Origin: Tubiluchus corallicola
Lineage: Eukaryota > Animalia > Priapulida
Length of the DNA stretch: 64,000 bases
NCBI GenBank assembly: GCA_030141605.1
Contig: JAQGDQ010000654.1
Coordinates: 54,327 to 118,326 of the forward strand
Direction of reading: 5' to 3'
In this document: piece by piece, positions 37,851 through 53,040 of the stretch
Layout of the letters: every line of letters starts with the position of its first letter
How positions within the stretch are numbered: the stretch's first letter is position 1
The notes under the pieces: generated by a model
What the model was told of the DNA's origin: nothing
The model's database searches: none
Seen by the model: the letters and a program-made list of their open reading frames with translations, nothing else
Made by a program: the position numbers and the translations under genes

Positions 37851-38592
37851 TCAAGGTTTTGCACCTAGGGGGTTTTAGATCTAAGGAGAGGATGCTTCTA
37901 AGTTTTTCTAAACACCCCTACGCTTTTCAAAGATTTTTGCTCAATCCTGAATTTGGTTAATTCACACAATTTATAAGCAAACTGGTCTCTCGTTTTCGAC
38001 AAAATTGTAAATACAACGTGTATATTGTCTTATCCACACGGGGGCGTTCTTCTGTTAGCCAGATTTACTTTATATCATCGGCTCAGTAAGCAGACTCAAA
38101 GTAGGCCTGCCTTTATCATCTCCACTTCAACTAAATGCTCCATTTTTGTAGATTTCTAATTTCAAATCATGGCCACTTCTGATTGTTGCTGATAGCAGTC
38201 AGGCTGACCGTGAAAACCAATGTCATCGCCTTGTGTCAGTTGATGATGTCTGTAATTTATTCTTTGTCGCGACATAAACAACTGGACACAATGCGTTGTA
38301 AAGTCATTCAGCTTAACGGCTGAAACAGTTTGTAACGCTCGTCACGCATTGTCATTAATTTCAACAATGAAATTTTCAAAATCTGGTTCATACTGATATA
38401 GTTCTTTGCAGTCATGGTATTTGATAACTAGGTCTTCTGTATCAATTTTATTAATGCGTAACAATCGCGGTTACTTAGACTGATTGCTGTAATATATCTA
38501 TGACCTACGTAAGCGTCTACTACTTGCCCTTAGATGTGTAACCAGTCGGGAAAGCAAGGCTAACTCTGTTGTTCTTCGAGGTGACTAGTAAT

Positions 38593-38998
38593 TAAGGGTG
38601 GGCATCGAACGTTCGAATCCGATTCGAATGCGTTTTTTCAATTCGAATTCGATTCGAACCTAAATTAATAAATTTGAATAATTTGGTACTTCAACCAATA
38701 CGTCCTTTTGTCATCAAAACATCTTAAACGCAATTGCACAATTTAGTGGCGATTTTTGTGCGCAATTTTTGAACTAATTGTTAGTGGTTTTATTGCAGAA
38801 CAAAATCGAGTAATAGGGCCTATGCATGATCTTTGTACAATTGCTTTTTGCTGAGAGTTCGAAAACTTGTTCGAAAATCTTTCAGGCTCAATCCTAATTC
38901 GTTTCAAATTCGAAATCCTGAAATTCGGTTTGATTCGAATTTGAGTCACAAATTCGTATCGATTCGAATTCAATTTCTGGTAGAGAATGCTAACCCTA
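38593..38998 (-). mobile_element. hAT MITE, TTCGAA-rich family
   Basis: TAAGGGTGGGCAT / ATGCTAACCCTA; TSD CTAGTAAT/CTAGTAAA. Confidence 0.85.
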
Positions 38999-40462
38999 CT
39001 AGTAAATTTTATTTTATTATTATTTTATTTTTATTTTACGTTTATTTCAGTACAAGTGAAAAGTACCATACAATAATAAACAAAGCTTAGGTAAAAATCA
39101 CAATTAAAAATATTACTGCACGACAAAAAAATAAATATTTACGCATCTAATAAGGTCACGGGAAAAAAAGGCACGGAAAAAATCACAGGAAAAATGTCAA
39201 TTAATTTTAGCTAGGGCTAAGGTTAGGGACTAATATGGTTAGTGTTCTTTTTTCCTGTGACTTGTTACCGGTGGTTTTTTTACCTGAATTCTTTCTTCGA
39301 AATTATGCCTTAGTGTTAAGAGTGGCTCCAGTTTTTAGTGCACTCGTTTTGTTTAACGGAGTTGTGATGATGATAAGCCTTTATTAGCCTCTTTTTGCAG
39401 GCAAAAATATCTGTTCTAACATTATACAATTTTACATAGACACTATACAGAGTGAATTCTACAATATTACATTTACGGATTCTGTAATTAGCTTTTCTAA
39501 TTTGTGCGCATAACATTTCTTACAGTGATATTAAAGTATTGAAGTGCATGCTAAAATCAAGGTTATTAATGCAGCAAGTTTCCTGTGAAGTAACATAAAA
39601 ATGCAGATAAATTGATATACCAAATTATTAAATTCCAATTCAATATTTAAATTCACAAGAGTTACAATCAGTAATCTCAAGAACTACACAAATTTAATCC
39701 CTATTTTACTAAGAATTAACAGCAGGATCTTAAAATAAAAGGGACCTTTACAAAGTAGGTTAGTGCCGACATTAAATTTTCATTTTTAGTCCAAAACAGA
39801 AGATTTAAATTTTCATTTCCCGGTTCGTTTAGTAGTACATTTCGCTTATTTGCGTCGACTGGAGGACATCGGTATATATAACGGAGTTAGACTTAGCTAA
39901 AAACAAAACTATTGGTTTTCATTCGGTCGGTAACACCACAAAACCGTGGTCAGGCAAGCCTGAAGAAGCAGAGGCTATCTCTAGTTCAATTGGTGGATAG
40001 ACATTGTCATTATTCAATGATATATAGTCAGCCTGTTCATGGTATATGGGTCTAGATGATAGGAGTAGCTAATGTGTGTAATGTAATTTTGACCTGTTGG
40101 GTGCGCCATGTTAATACAAGGCAAGCCTGGCGCATGCGCACTTGTCGCACCTACAAGGTTAACTTGTTCTAATAAACGAGTGTGCGCATCATGCAATAAT
40201 GTTAATGACCTCTAAACCCAGCTTACGGCAAAGCCTCTTTTCTAAAACTGGGTCTACTTTACGTGAAAGCTAGTAAATTCACTAACTTCTTTGTATACGC
40301 GACCTAGCTTTGGCAGAGTCGTAAACAGCTGCATACGTCACTGTCCTCGTGTGCTGTACATGTAATGCGCTTATTGTATGCAATGCATTTACCATAATAA
40401 TTATCTCTGTTTCGAAAGCTGTTGATCGAACTTATTATGTAAACTATCTTGTCTCTGCCTGT

Positions 40463-40835
40463 TAGGCGTGAGCATCGAACGTTCGAGTTTGATTCGAACG
40501 AGTTTTGTTAGTTCGAACCTAAATCCATAGATTCGAATAATTCGGCAATTCAATCACATATGTTCCTCATAATTAAAACGATTGAAACATCATGCAATTA
40601 GCCTAATTTAGCTGTGATTTCTGTGCACAATTTTTAAACAAATTATTGGTGGTTTTACTGCAGAACAAAATCGAGTAATATGCATGATCTTTGTAAGAGT
40701 AATTTTTACTGATGATTCGAAAACTTGTTCGAAAATCTTTCACTCTCAATTCGAATTCGGAATATTGAAGTTCGGTTCGATTCGAATTCGAAAGTCACAA
40801 ATTCGAAACGATTCGAATTCGCTTTCTGACCCCTA
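40463..40835 (-). mobile_element. hAT MITE, TTCGAA-rich family
   Basis: TAGGCGTGAGCAT / TGACCCCTA; perfect TSD CTGCCTGT. Confidence 0.85.
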
Positions 40836-40879
40836 CTGCCTGTGCGGTTTTTCTCAAGTCCACAACTTCTGTGAAACTA

Positions 40880-41387
40880 AAGCAGAATTTACCAGTGGCT
40901 CAAATAGTTTTGAACGACAAAAAATCCTTTACGTACATTCGTCTTTAAATTTTATATACAGTCTTGTTGTGCGCAGAGTTTGTATCGGCAGCAACGCTGT
41001 ATAAAACGCAAAAATTTAAACTCCCACGATGATAATTAAGCGCAGCTGTTTTGATGGTAGGTCGTTTGAAACGAGTTAAGATAATTTTGCGTAAAGTTCA
41101 AAAAAATAATCAGAGGTTTCCTAGCGCACACTTTGCTACCCGAGAATATGTATAAATTACTATAAGCTTGTAAATGAGCTTAATAATTATGTTTTTGGGG
41201 AGTCAATGGTGCACACTGGGTAGGTGAGTCAGTGACGTTTTACCAATTAGCGCAAGCTTTTTAGATTACAAAAAAATTTCTTTTCTAGTTGTATAGGTCT
41301 TTCAAGCAGGTAAATGTGATGAAAAGTAATATAATTTTGCGTGAAAAGTTTTCGGGACATGCTTTAAAATTGCCTTTTCTTCCCCCT
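40880..41387 (+). mobile_element. Family B MITE copy
   Basis: Shared internal blocks; ends TGCCTTTTCTTCCCCCT|TTAG. Confidence 0.65.
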
Positions 41388-42471
41388 TTAGACAATTTTA
41401 ACCCATCTTACAGATTGCAGAAGGGTATCGTCACTTGTCAATCTGATTGGGTGTGAATGGGCATCAAACTCTGTAGTCCTTTCTATATTGAAGATCATTT
41501 GCTGCATCACTACTATGGAAGATGCTCTCCAAACCTCTCCTCACAATTTCTCAACTCCAACAGTTTGTTCATAATAATAATAATGGATATTCCTAGATGT
41601 TGAAAATCTCTGAGCCGAATTTTCCTTCGGGCTTCTTATCTGTGGAATTTACTGCAATGAAATTCTTTCACTGAAAACTACAACGTCTTTCGATTCTTGA
41701 GATACCCTCTATCGCTAGCAAATTATGTACTAACATAAATTTTGTTTCTCTGGGTTATGCGAATTAATATCCTTCCTTTCTTTTGTCCCTTTCATTTTGG
41801 CCTTACTGTCCCATTGGCCATGTTTGAAGCGATTCGTGTATAAAATATTTGTTTTACTATTTCGAATGAATTATTGCCATGGTACTTTGTTCAAGAGAGA
41901 GTCAGAACCTATCGGAAATCGGTATAGGCTACAGGAAATCATTGAAATTGCAGCAACTCCAAATACAAGCATTGGACGGTTATGAACAGTGCAATGTCTA
42001 AGCGTTTCAAACGTTATAATCAGATTGCGATAATTCTGTTTGCAAAGGAGTGTTGCAATTTGTAATGTCTGGTATCGCAAAATTCGTAAACAGTTTAATG
42101 TGAACAATAAAGAGCCCCATCGAAGCGTGCTGAGCCCGATGTACAGGAGAACTAGAAACTAAAAAACTTTGTGACTTTTTCACCGGGTTCTGCTGTTACG
42201 TTTTGCATAAGAAATGAATAAACTATTCGTTACTATTGTAGTCGAAAGCTTGGAAGTTGTTTTGCCAAGTACTTTTATTTGTGTGCAAAAATATAATAAA
42301 ATGAAAAATATTCAATGAAACGCAATCAGATTGGCATACGTAATTATATATAATCTATAAGTAACTGAATAAACTGTGGAACAAGTGAAAAAAATCAGGT
42401 ATAACTAAAGAAGTCAGGCAATAAAGGAATACATACGAGTAAGTTCTTGAACTGTATATGTGTAACCTTAA

Positions 42472-43006
42472 AGGAAAACCGAACGATTGTTTACATTCAA
42501 TCTCATTTTAATTTACTGTCCAAAATATACATTTTCTTGCCTATAAAAGTTAACAATTGTTTCTTGTATTTGAATAATTAGCTTAGAAAGTTAATTAACG
42601 GCAACCAAACGCAGCTATTGCTTACGTCAGAACCTAACCACAGTTTGTGCAATGGCAGGCATCTTCTCTTGCGCATCAAGCACGTTTGCGTTACTGCTTA
42701 AACGCGTAATGTCACGAAAATGGGCTCTACATCATATGACGTCAGAAACTAACATTGCAGTTCATGGTCGTGGTTATCACGGTACCGCCTTCTATTTGTC
42801 GGCCACGCGAATGTGACAAAAGGCGTCGCTGCCAATCTTAGTAGATTCACTGAGCCGCGCGTAGCTTTGAAAGTTTAACAAAATTTGAGTATCCGAGGTA
42901 ATTATTATTGAATCTAAGCTTTAATTTAAAAAAGGTATTGTAGTTTTCAATACTTTAGAACATTCTTTATTCTGAAATCATGTTTACACAATCATGTGGT
43001 TTTCCT
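42472..43006 (+). mobile_element. Kolobok/T2-type MITE family A (535 bp)
   Basis: TTAA|AGGAAAACC ... GGTTTTCCT|TTAA; further copies at 50233 and 51083. Confidence 0.85.
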
Positions 43007-43154
43007 TTAACAATAACAATAACAATTTCGTATTGATGTAAAATTTTTGGGTGCAGTGCAGCCGTTTTTCTTTGCCAAGTGTGAGCCTGATAGTCAGTCT
43101 ATTATTTCTCTATTACACAGTTTAACCTGCCAATTTTGCGAAATTTATAGTCTA

Positions 43155-43370
43155 TAATAATAATAATAATTTCGTTTAGGATATAGTCCAAGGATGACAC
43201 CTGACGTAGCTCAACACTTATTATCAAGGTGGTCTGGATTTTTATTACCCGCTTGGTCGAAGGATCAGCGGTAGTTTTTTCAAGTCTTTGGTATGACTCG
43301 GTCGAGAGTTGAACCCACGATCTCCCGGGTGGTAAGCGAGCACGTTACCATTGAGCTACGCCACGCGGTA
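43155..43370 (-). mobile_element. tRNA-derived SINE
   Basis: Minus strand: A box TAGCTCAATGG, B box GGTTCAACTC, then GTCATACCAAAGACTT (resembles the MetaSINE central domain), (TTA)n tail. Confidence 0.7.
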
Positions 43371-43789
43371 TTAGAAATACATATGACTACCGAATGCGTT
43401 GCTTTGGTTTGCTAGCATTGTTTTGCGGAATTTTGTAGGTTATCATATTCAACCGAAACTGTAGAAGATGATTTTAGCGCATTTACAAACAGACAACTGC
43501 ATACTGGTGATTATTTAAGACATAAATGTTCCCATTGAAAGTTCAAACATCGTATATCTTGTCATATCAACAGTAAACAGGAAATGAATGTCATATAGGG
43601 CCTACTTAAGGTGTGCCTTAGAGCTGATTAAACTTTCAATAAAAATTTTTCTTTACATCTAGAGCCCGTTTGTAGGTCAGGCTTAGCTATGCATATGGCT
43701 TGTGAAATAATTTTGGACACACTGCTCTAGGATAGACTTTTAGTTTTTTTACGCACTGGTCTAAGACTGTCTAATCCCTTTTTCACAAT

Positions 43790-43980
43790 TCGGAATTCTG
43801 TATTCAACTTAGTCGATATCCTCCCTCTGCCGTGGTAAGTCTATTCGAAATCAGCACGTTCTGAAAAGAAACCACCCAGAGCGAGAATCGAAGTGGTCCA
43901 CTCATCCAGTCACCGACCAACCTCGGCGCCATTTAACTTCGGTAGTCAAGACGACGATGCTACCGCTGTGACTGGGCCAT
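43790..43980 (-). mobile_element. Possible 5S rRNA-derived SINE (SINE3) fragment
   Basis: Minus strand CCGAAGTTAAA...GGTTGGTCGGTGACTGGATGAGTGGACC resembles the 5S box A/IE/box C region. Confidence 0.4.
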
Positions 43981-44039
43981 GTACCTCGCCTCACCTGTCC
44001 TGTTAATTTTGTGTCGAGCCCCCGAAATCCTAAATTAAT

Positions 44040-44499
44040 GAAACCCATAATAGACCCTTACCTGTGTGCTGTCTTATTACATAGAGAGCTTGCCTTACCA
44101 GTAACGTCGGTTAAAACTTATAAATTTAATCCCTAATGATGACAGCTGACAGCTACGTGCAGCCATTTTAACTGTAAGTCATTAAGTTTAACGGTAAGTT
44201 CATGTAACATTGCGTAGTTTGAAAAATATTCAAAACATTCGTAGCACACTTCGCTAACTAAGCGAAAATTTAAATGACTTTATATTGTCAATAAGATCGT
44301 AATGTGTTTTTGGTGAGCCAGTGTTGCACACTGGGATGCTGAGTCAAAGCCGTTTTACCAGTTGACGTGAACATTTTAAATTATTGGGAACTTTTTCCAA
44401 TTACATAAGTCTTTCAAATAGATAAGTGTAATGCTAAGTAATATAAGTTTGTATGAAAAGTTATTTATGTTTTACTTTAAACTTGTACTTTCTTCTCCT
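44040..44499 (+). mobile_element. Family B MITE copy
   Basis: Shared blocks GCAGCCATTTT, TGCACACTGGGA, TTACATAAGTCTTTC; ends CTTTCTTCTCCT. Confidence 0.6.
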
Positions 44500-44813
44500 T
44501 TTATCCTTATCCAAAAACGAGCAAAATTTGATCAATAGCATTCTTGCTTTTCCCTGGGTGATTAGAATGAAGAAACAATGAAATACATAATGTGGCGTGG
44601 TTAATGCTAAGCTGAAGTTTTTGTAAACCTGATACCGGAAAAGAGAAAGAGAGAATCAGGTTTACAAGAGAATTCATGAATATTTCACTCGTGTCTTTTG
44701 TGAGCTGAAAGTAGAAGTTCATTATTTGAAGAAACTATGAATTTCTGTCCATGATACCGAGTGAGTTTAGTTTTCCTGTAAAAACTGTTTTAACATAGAA
44801 AACGCTGTGTACG

Positions 44814-45687
44814 GGCAGGACCGGATTATGACCTTTTGGGATCCAGAGGCTAATGAAGTTATGGACCCCTTCAGACGAAGCCGCCCTCTAGGTCGCACGC
44901 ACTCACTCGTCTTGAATATTTTTTTACTCGTGATATATCTTAATGGCATTTACGTAGCTCGAAGTAAACTTATTGCAAATTCTTTAAATAAACTAGAACT
45001 GGTAGCTTATGTTTGTCAATAAAAATATCTTTAAGAAATACGACTATTTTACTATTCATTGCAAACCAAACTGCAACATATTTCAACAAAGCCGTAGTGA
45101 AAAAACATTTTTTTAGTTAGTTTTAACATAATTTATTATAGGATTGAATCAGACAGTTTCAACAACATGATTTAAGATCCTCACCACAACAGTCTATACA
45201 CACTATTTGCAAAAACATTTACAGTAAGAATAGACTATAACTACTCAAGCTGACAAGTTTTACTACAAGATTACATTAGGCATTAGTAGAAAATGACGGT
45301 TAGAAAATATTAACGTACGAATATTTAAGACTGATGCATTTCATATCAGATAGAAACTACTGGAAGCGTTTAGTACGTATTATAAAGTCATGTATGCATT
45401 GGAATATTTTACAGTTAGTAACATAGTCAAATTCATCTTTACCGAATAATAACAACTTCAACAGATCATTATTTCCTAAGGCAGCTATGTTAAGGTTTTC
45501 GGGCAGAAGTATTTCATTTAATTTATCAAACATAACAACCCTAGTTTGTGGATATAATGGGCAGTGCAACAAAAAGTGTTCAACAGAGTCAAATCAACCG
45601 TTTTTTTACCATATATATTATGTTACCAGAGCTTGAAGAGCCCTAGGCTGCAGCCTATACTAGCCTGTAGGATAATCCGGGCCCTCA
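44814..45687 (+). mobile_element. CAGGRCCGGATT-ended MITE interrupted by a CR1 fragment; second copy ~49000-49367
   Basis: Ends CAGGACCGGATTAT / ATAATCCGGGCCCT; body matches 49100-49367. Confidence 0.6.
45115..45592 (-). mobile_element. CR1-group LINE 3' end
   Basis: Translation EHFLLHCPLY...LLLFG...NCKIFQCIHDFIIRTKRF*, typical invertebrate CR1 C-terminus. Confidence 0.75.
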
Positions 45688-46437
45688 TTATAGGATATGG
45701 TTGTATACTAGTTTTATTACTGCTCTGTTAATCGTTCATAACGTCGCCGACGCCTGTGCCCCAGACTTCACCTTGCTTCATTCTCCGACAAGGGCACCGA
45801 GCGAACACTGAACTGAAAAACTGAAAAAAATCAATAGAGCTCAGCTAACTTGGTTGTGTGAACACAGAGAGAAAGAATCGTGTCAGTCGAATATAAAAAT
45901 ACTTGCGCATTAATGACATTGTCCATAACAAGGACTCTAGATGATCATAAAAAATATTGCAGTTGTAAACAGAACTGGTCCACTTAATTTAGCACTGACT
46001 AAATTAGTCCCCACTGAGCAAGAAGACGATAATACGTATGAGCACTTTTCATTATCGCGGTTTGACTAGAAGAAAGAGAAACGAATATAAAATGATGCTA
46101 GCATTACCGTTTCATCCACCTAGTTATGTTAATTTCATAAACAGTAAATTGTTTTGGAATCATTAGGCTGTGGCAAACGCATGGTAGCTTTCGCGAAAAG
46201 GTGAGACGATAAGAGAGAAATGGAGAAAAAGAGGGAGAAAGTTAGTGAGAGAGTGGGAAAGAGAGAGAGGGAGAGAGAGAGAGAGAGAGAAACGAGAGAG
46301 ATAGAAAAAGAATGAGAAAGTGAGTGAGAGAGAGGGAGAGAGAGAGAGAGAATGAGATAGAGAAAGAAAATGAGTGAGAGAGAGAGAGAAAGAGAGAGGG
46401 GGAGAGCGAGTGAGAGAAAAAGAGAGAGAGGGAGAAT

Positions 46438-46481
<44 letters not shown>

Positions 46482-46514
46482 GAGAAAGTGAGTGAGAGAG
46501 AAAGAGAATGAGAG

Positions 46515-47688
<1,174 letters not shown>

Positions 47689-47926
47689 TAAAGAGAGAAA
47701 GGAAAAGAGAGAAAGAGAGAGATGTTAGTTCTCTGCTTGTTAGTTGACGGCGCCACGTGCTTAGAGCAGCGTTGATACGCTTAATACCTATATCGCCATC
47801 TGCTGTTATTATACTGAAACAATCGAAAGAAGCTAGTGTTTTACCGCCCACAATAGTAAAAAAATCAATATCAGTCAGTTTGCAGTACATAATTTTATGT
47901 TTTTGTTTTCAGCTTAGGGTACGAAC

Positions 47927-48160
47927 ATGGATACGAACTCGCAGCCTTCACAGTCACCCCTCGATCGTTACTCTCTACAGTCTTCGTCACCACCAAGTGA
48001 TTATTCTTCTAATTCGCCCCCTAGCGGTGATATGCAGAAGCCCAAGAAGAAGACGGAGACTTACATAACTTCTGCGTTTAACTTATTACCGCCTTGTAGT
48101 GTTTGCGGCGAAAAATCATCAGGAATGCATTATGGCGTCAATACCTGCGAAGGATGCAAG
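47927..48160 (+). CDS. Nuclear hormone receptor (NR1-type) coding exon 1: A/B region and zinc finger 1
   Basis: [22 protein letters not shown]; acceptor at 47912, in-frame TAG upstream of the ATG; GC donor AAG|GCAAGT, phase 0. Confidence 0.93.
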
Positions 48161-48453
48161 GCAAGTGTTAAAATTTGGCAAATAACTCTCTTTTTTTCAC
48201 TTTTGGCGCCAAGTTTTGTTCTTTTTTTCACTTTTGGCGCCAAGTTTTGTTCTAGGTTTGCTTATTTTACCTTCTGCGGGGCAATGAGATTGCAATGCAA
48301 AGTGAATTATGAGACTTTTGCCCACATTTAAAAACTGAAATCAAGGTAATATTTGATTGCAAGGGCGCTTTTTGTGAAACTTTCCAATTTGAAATATTTA
48401 TATTTTTTATAAATGTTGTCGAGAGAGAATAACAAACAATCGGATTATAACCT

Positions 48454-48985
<532 letters not shown>

Positions 48986-50232
48986 TAGATACCTACTTAA
49001 TACCTTTTGGAGTTCCTAGTCTAATGAAATTATTGGCGCCCCTCAGACGGAAGGGAGGGGGCCCTCTCCTTAACCTCCCACTAACTCGCCCGCTCCCATC
49101 TTGAAAATTTTTTACTCGTGAAACATTTTAGCGACACTTCGTAGCTTAAAGCAACGTTATTGCGAATTCTTTAAATAAACTAGCTATTTTTTGTTTGTCA
49201 CTAAAAATATTCCTTTTAAGAAATGCGTACTATTTATTGCAAACTAAATTAGCACATTTTTCAAGACAACCGTTTTGAATAAAAAAGGGTTTGTTACCAA
49301 AGCTTGAGGGGGTCCTAGGCTGCAGCCTGTAGTAGCCTATAGGACAATTCGGCCCAGTCCGGCCCTGCTACATGACCACTAGCCAATAATATCGACTACA
49401 AATTTTAGAAAAAAAATCGTGAAGATGAACGCTGTCGCCGTACTCGAAACAGGTGACGTTTTAGTGGTTACATGAAAATGCGTCCCGTGTATGCGTGAAT
49501 TTCTATTTATAATGGATCCGGATTCCAGCGCCGATCCGGCTCAGGATGTATAGAGCGGCATACAAGTTATGAAGTACTACAGCAGACGAGAAAAGTAAAA
49601 AGAATACGAATGTAAAATAAACTTTAATGCACAACCAGTAGCTCCATGACATGTGAACAGACTTTTGTAAAAAAATCAGCAAACCTACCGCATTCACCTT
49701 TACAGACAGAAGAGCCAGGTAGGAATCGTCAAATTACGGCATGCATTCTGTTTTATACAGGTACATTTGCATTACTGGGCTTCTCAACCATACCCATTAC
49801 TAACATTATGGGGTTAGTCAAAATCCGTCTTCGTAACAATGTTATTATCGTGTGGTTGCGCCTGGTGTAGTTTCTGTAGAACACACGTTGCTCGCACGTG
49901 CTTGCCTGTTTGAGAAATTTCTTGGATTACTTTTATCGTTAAAATTAAAACAGATGTTATTAGTCATTAAGTTAATGAAAATCGTTATAATAAATTATAA
50001 TAATTTACTTTATGAATTTGTACGTCAAACTGGGTAAACTTTACAAGATGTCAATCATTTACGGCAAAATAACATAGCAGCAGCACGTCTTACTTGGTGC
50101 TAAAACTAAAACTTTTGAAAGTAGTGTGTGTAACTTGTTTGAAAGCTTGGTTAAAAGTAAGCGAACTGAAAATAATATTCTTAGCAGCGTAAGTAGTTCG
50201 TACCAATGGCCACGAAGGTATCATGACGTTAA

Positions 50233-50762
50233 AGGAAAACCGCATGATTGTTTAGACTCAATCTCATTTTAATTTACTGTCCAAAATATACGTTTTCTTG
50301 CCTATAAATGTTACTAATGTTTCTTATGTGTTAATAATTAGCTTAGAAAGTTAATCAATGGCAACCGAACACAGCTGTTGCTTACGTCAGAAACTAACCA
50401 CAGTTTGTGCAATAACAGGCGTCTTCTCTTGCACGTCAAGCACGTTTGTGTAAGTGTTACATGTTTAAACGCGTGATGTCACGAATATCGGCTCTGCATC
50501 ATATGACGTCAGAAACTAACACAGCAGTTCATGATCATGGTTATCATGGTACCACCTTCTATTTGTCGGCCACGCGCATGTGACAAAAAGGCGCCGTTGC
50601 CAATTTTTAGTAAATTTACTGAGCCGCGCATAGCTTTGAAAGTTTAACAAAATCTGTGTATCCGAGGTAATTATTATTTAATCTAAGCTTTGATATAAAA
50701 AAAGCTATCGTAGTTTTCAATATTTTAGAGCATACTTTATTCTGAAGTAATGTTTACACAAT
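50233..50762 (+). mobile_element. Family A MITE (right TIR missing)
   Basis: TTAA|AGGAAAACCG start; colinear with 42472-43006. Confidence 0.85.
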
Positions 50763-51082
50763 TGTCCATTTTTCTAACGAACTACAGTACGATTCAAACA
50801 TAAATGCATCGGCATCATGGTGTGTTGGTGCCCTAAGTACCCCAAAGTACTTGGTACCCTAGCTCCTCCTTTGCCCAACGTTACATCGTGCCTCAAAAAT
50901 CACGTGTTATGTGACATAAATTATGTAACACAATCTATAAAACGAACTCCATTGCTCTATTGTGCCACTCATATTCTTTATTGACTACAGTATGAAATTT
51001 AGTTAAATAATCAGCTACAAAAACAAGGTATCATACCTGCTTACACCAATAAAATCTACATTAGTGTTGAACAAGAAGTTAA

Positions 51083-51622
51083 AAGAAAACCGGATGATTG
51101 TGTAAACATTACTTCAGAATAAAGTATGCTCTAAAATATTGAAGATTACAATAGCTTTTTTAAATGAAAGCTTAGATTAATAATAATTACCTCGGATACT
51201 CAAATTTTGTTAAACTTTCGAAGCTACGCGCGGCTTGTTGAATCTACTAAGATTGGCAGCGGCGCTTTTTTGTCACATTCGCATAGCCAACAAATAGAAG
51301 GCGGTACCGTAATAACCATAATCATGAAGTGCTGCGTTAGTTTCTGACGTCATACGATGTAGAGCCCATTTTCGTGACATCACGCGTTTAAGCAGTAACA
51401 CTTATGCAAACGTGCTTGACGCGCAAGGGAGATGCCTGCCATTGCACAAACTGTGGCTAGTTTCTGACGTAAGTAATGGCTGTGTTCGGCAGCTGTTAAT
51501 TAACTTTCTAAGCTAATTATTAAAATATAAGAAACAATTACTAATTTTTATAGGCAAGAAAACGTATATTTTGGACAGTAAATTAAAATGAGATTGAGTC
51601 TAAATAATCATCCGGTTTTCCT
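51083..51622 (-). mobile_element. Family A MITE, inverted copy
   Basis: TTAA|AAGAAAACCGGATG ... CATCCGGTTTTCCT|TTAA. Confidence 0.85.
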
Positions 51623-52194
51623 TTAAGATGACCCTCTGCACGAACCGTTGGTCATGAAACTTCTTGCTCTAGCACCTTAGTTAATGGCTTTTGCACATGT
51701 TGGGGTTACAGTGTTGCCATCGCAATTGGTCAAGGTGATAAAACGTGAAGACCCTTCTATGGTGTTATATAATGATACGAAAAACAACCCAGCCAAGTCG
51801 GATTTAGGAGTGGGTTCAAAGGGCCTGGGCCCTCCCTTTCACGGTAACAGTTACAACACACCAAGTTAATGTTTTCTCTGAATTATAAGTATTAGAACAA
51901 TTTGCTAAATTCTAAAGGTTCTAAACTAATATCTGTAAAAATCATGTATCACAAGAAAACAGGTGATGCATTTACATCATGCATGCTGTATAGTGCATAT
52001 CAGTATATTGGTATGTAATTTTGAGTTAAATGTGAGGTGATACCTGTTCTAAACTAGTGAGCTTCCTTGAAGAAATTGTTTCTAGAAGGCAGAGAAGTGG
52101 TCTAAAATGCAGTAAAATGCATTGTTGTCCGGGTGGACCTCGCTGGGGAGCTTAAACAGCTCTCCCAGACCCCCTTACGGCATTTCTGTTGGGC

Positions 52195-52468
52195 CCACCG
52201 TTGTTCTAAAACCTGTATTCGCCCCTACCGTTGTTCTAAAACCTGTATCCGCCCCCGCCGTTGTTCTAAAACCTGTATCCGCCCCTACCGTTGTTCTAAA
52301 ACCTGTATCCGCTCCCACCATTGTTCTAAAACCTGTATACGCCCCTACCATTGTTCTAAAACCTGTATCCGCCCCCACCATTGTTCTAAAACCTGTATCC
52401 GCCCCCCGCCGTTGTTCTAAAACCTGTATCCGCCACCACCGTTGTTCTAAAACCTGTATCCGCCCCTG
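52195..52468. repeat. 30-bp minisatellite (~9 copies) at the end of a ...ATCCGCCCCTG MITE
   Basis: Unit CGTTGTTCTAAAACCTGTATCCGCCCCTAC. Confidence 0.9.
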
Positions 52469-52539
52469 CAAGTTGCTTCGTTCTCCTGTAGTTCTGTTTT
52501 ATATTTTGAACTGAGAACAACTGTTAGGATCTTAACATA

Positions 52540-53040
52540 CAGTCTACCTCTGATATAATAGACACCTCCGGACCGGAAAAACCGTCCCTTATATCCGATG
52601 TCCCTTATAGCCGAAATTGAGTCAGACCAAGGGTGTGTGGACCTGTGCTTTTCTGTACTTTTACCCATATTTTTTATGGATTGTTGCTACACATTCAGTG
52701 CAAACGGTATGTAGGAAGCTCCTTCAGTGATGCGAGATGTATGTGACCGCGGAAACCGAGCTGTTTGAAGGTGGAGTTTGCGAAAAATTGAGGTTAAAAA
52801 TCGATCAATTTCACTTTGATCATAGAGTCCACCATTATATGCGAGGTAATTTACCTGGGTTTCTATTACGCGGGACCTGAAGATGTCGTCCCTTATAACC
52901 GAAAGTCCATTATATCCGAGTACCTTATATACGAATATTTCTACATATGAAAAATTATCTGAAAAATCGGGACTGGTGTTGGTAGTCCCTTATAAACGAA
53001 TGTCCTTTATAAACGAGTACCTTATACCCGAGGTTGATTG
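52540..53040. mobile_element. Tc1/mariner-pogo (Tigger-like) MITE
   Basis: TA|CAGTCTACCTC ... GAGGTTGATTG|TA; repeated subterminal TCCCTTATA motifs. Confidence 0.75.

Noticed and set aside
38160-38460. ~100-codon minus-strand frame with one stop
   Set aside because: No recognisable motif; could be chance or an unidentifiable TE remnant
41405-41720. Decayed serine-protease-like exon on the minus strand (ND...EFD...PIRL, GTAAG donor)
   Set aside because: Needs several frameshifts; similarity too weak to support without a search
43290-43370. tRNA gene
   Set aside because: A and B boxes are present, but the sequence continues into a SINE body and tail; no complete cloverleaf or oligo-T terminator
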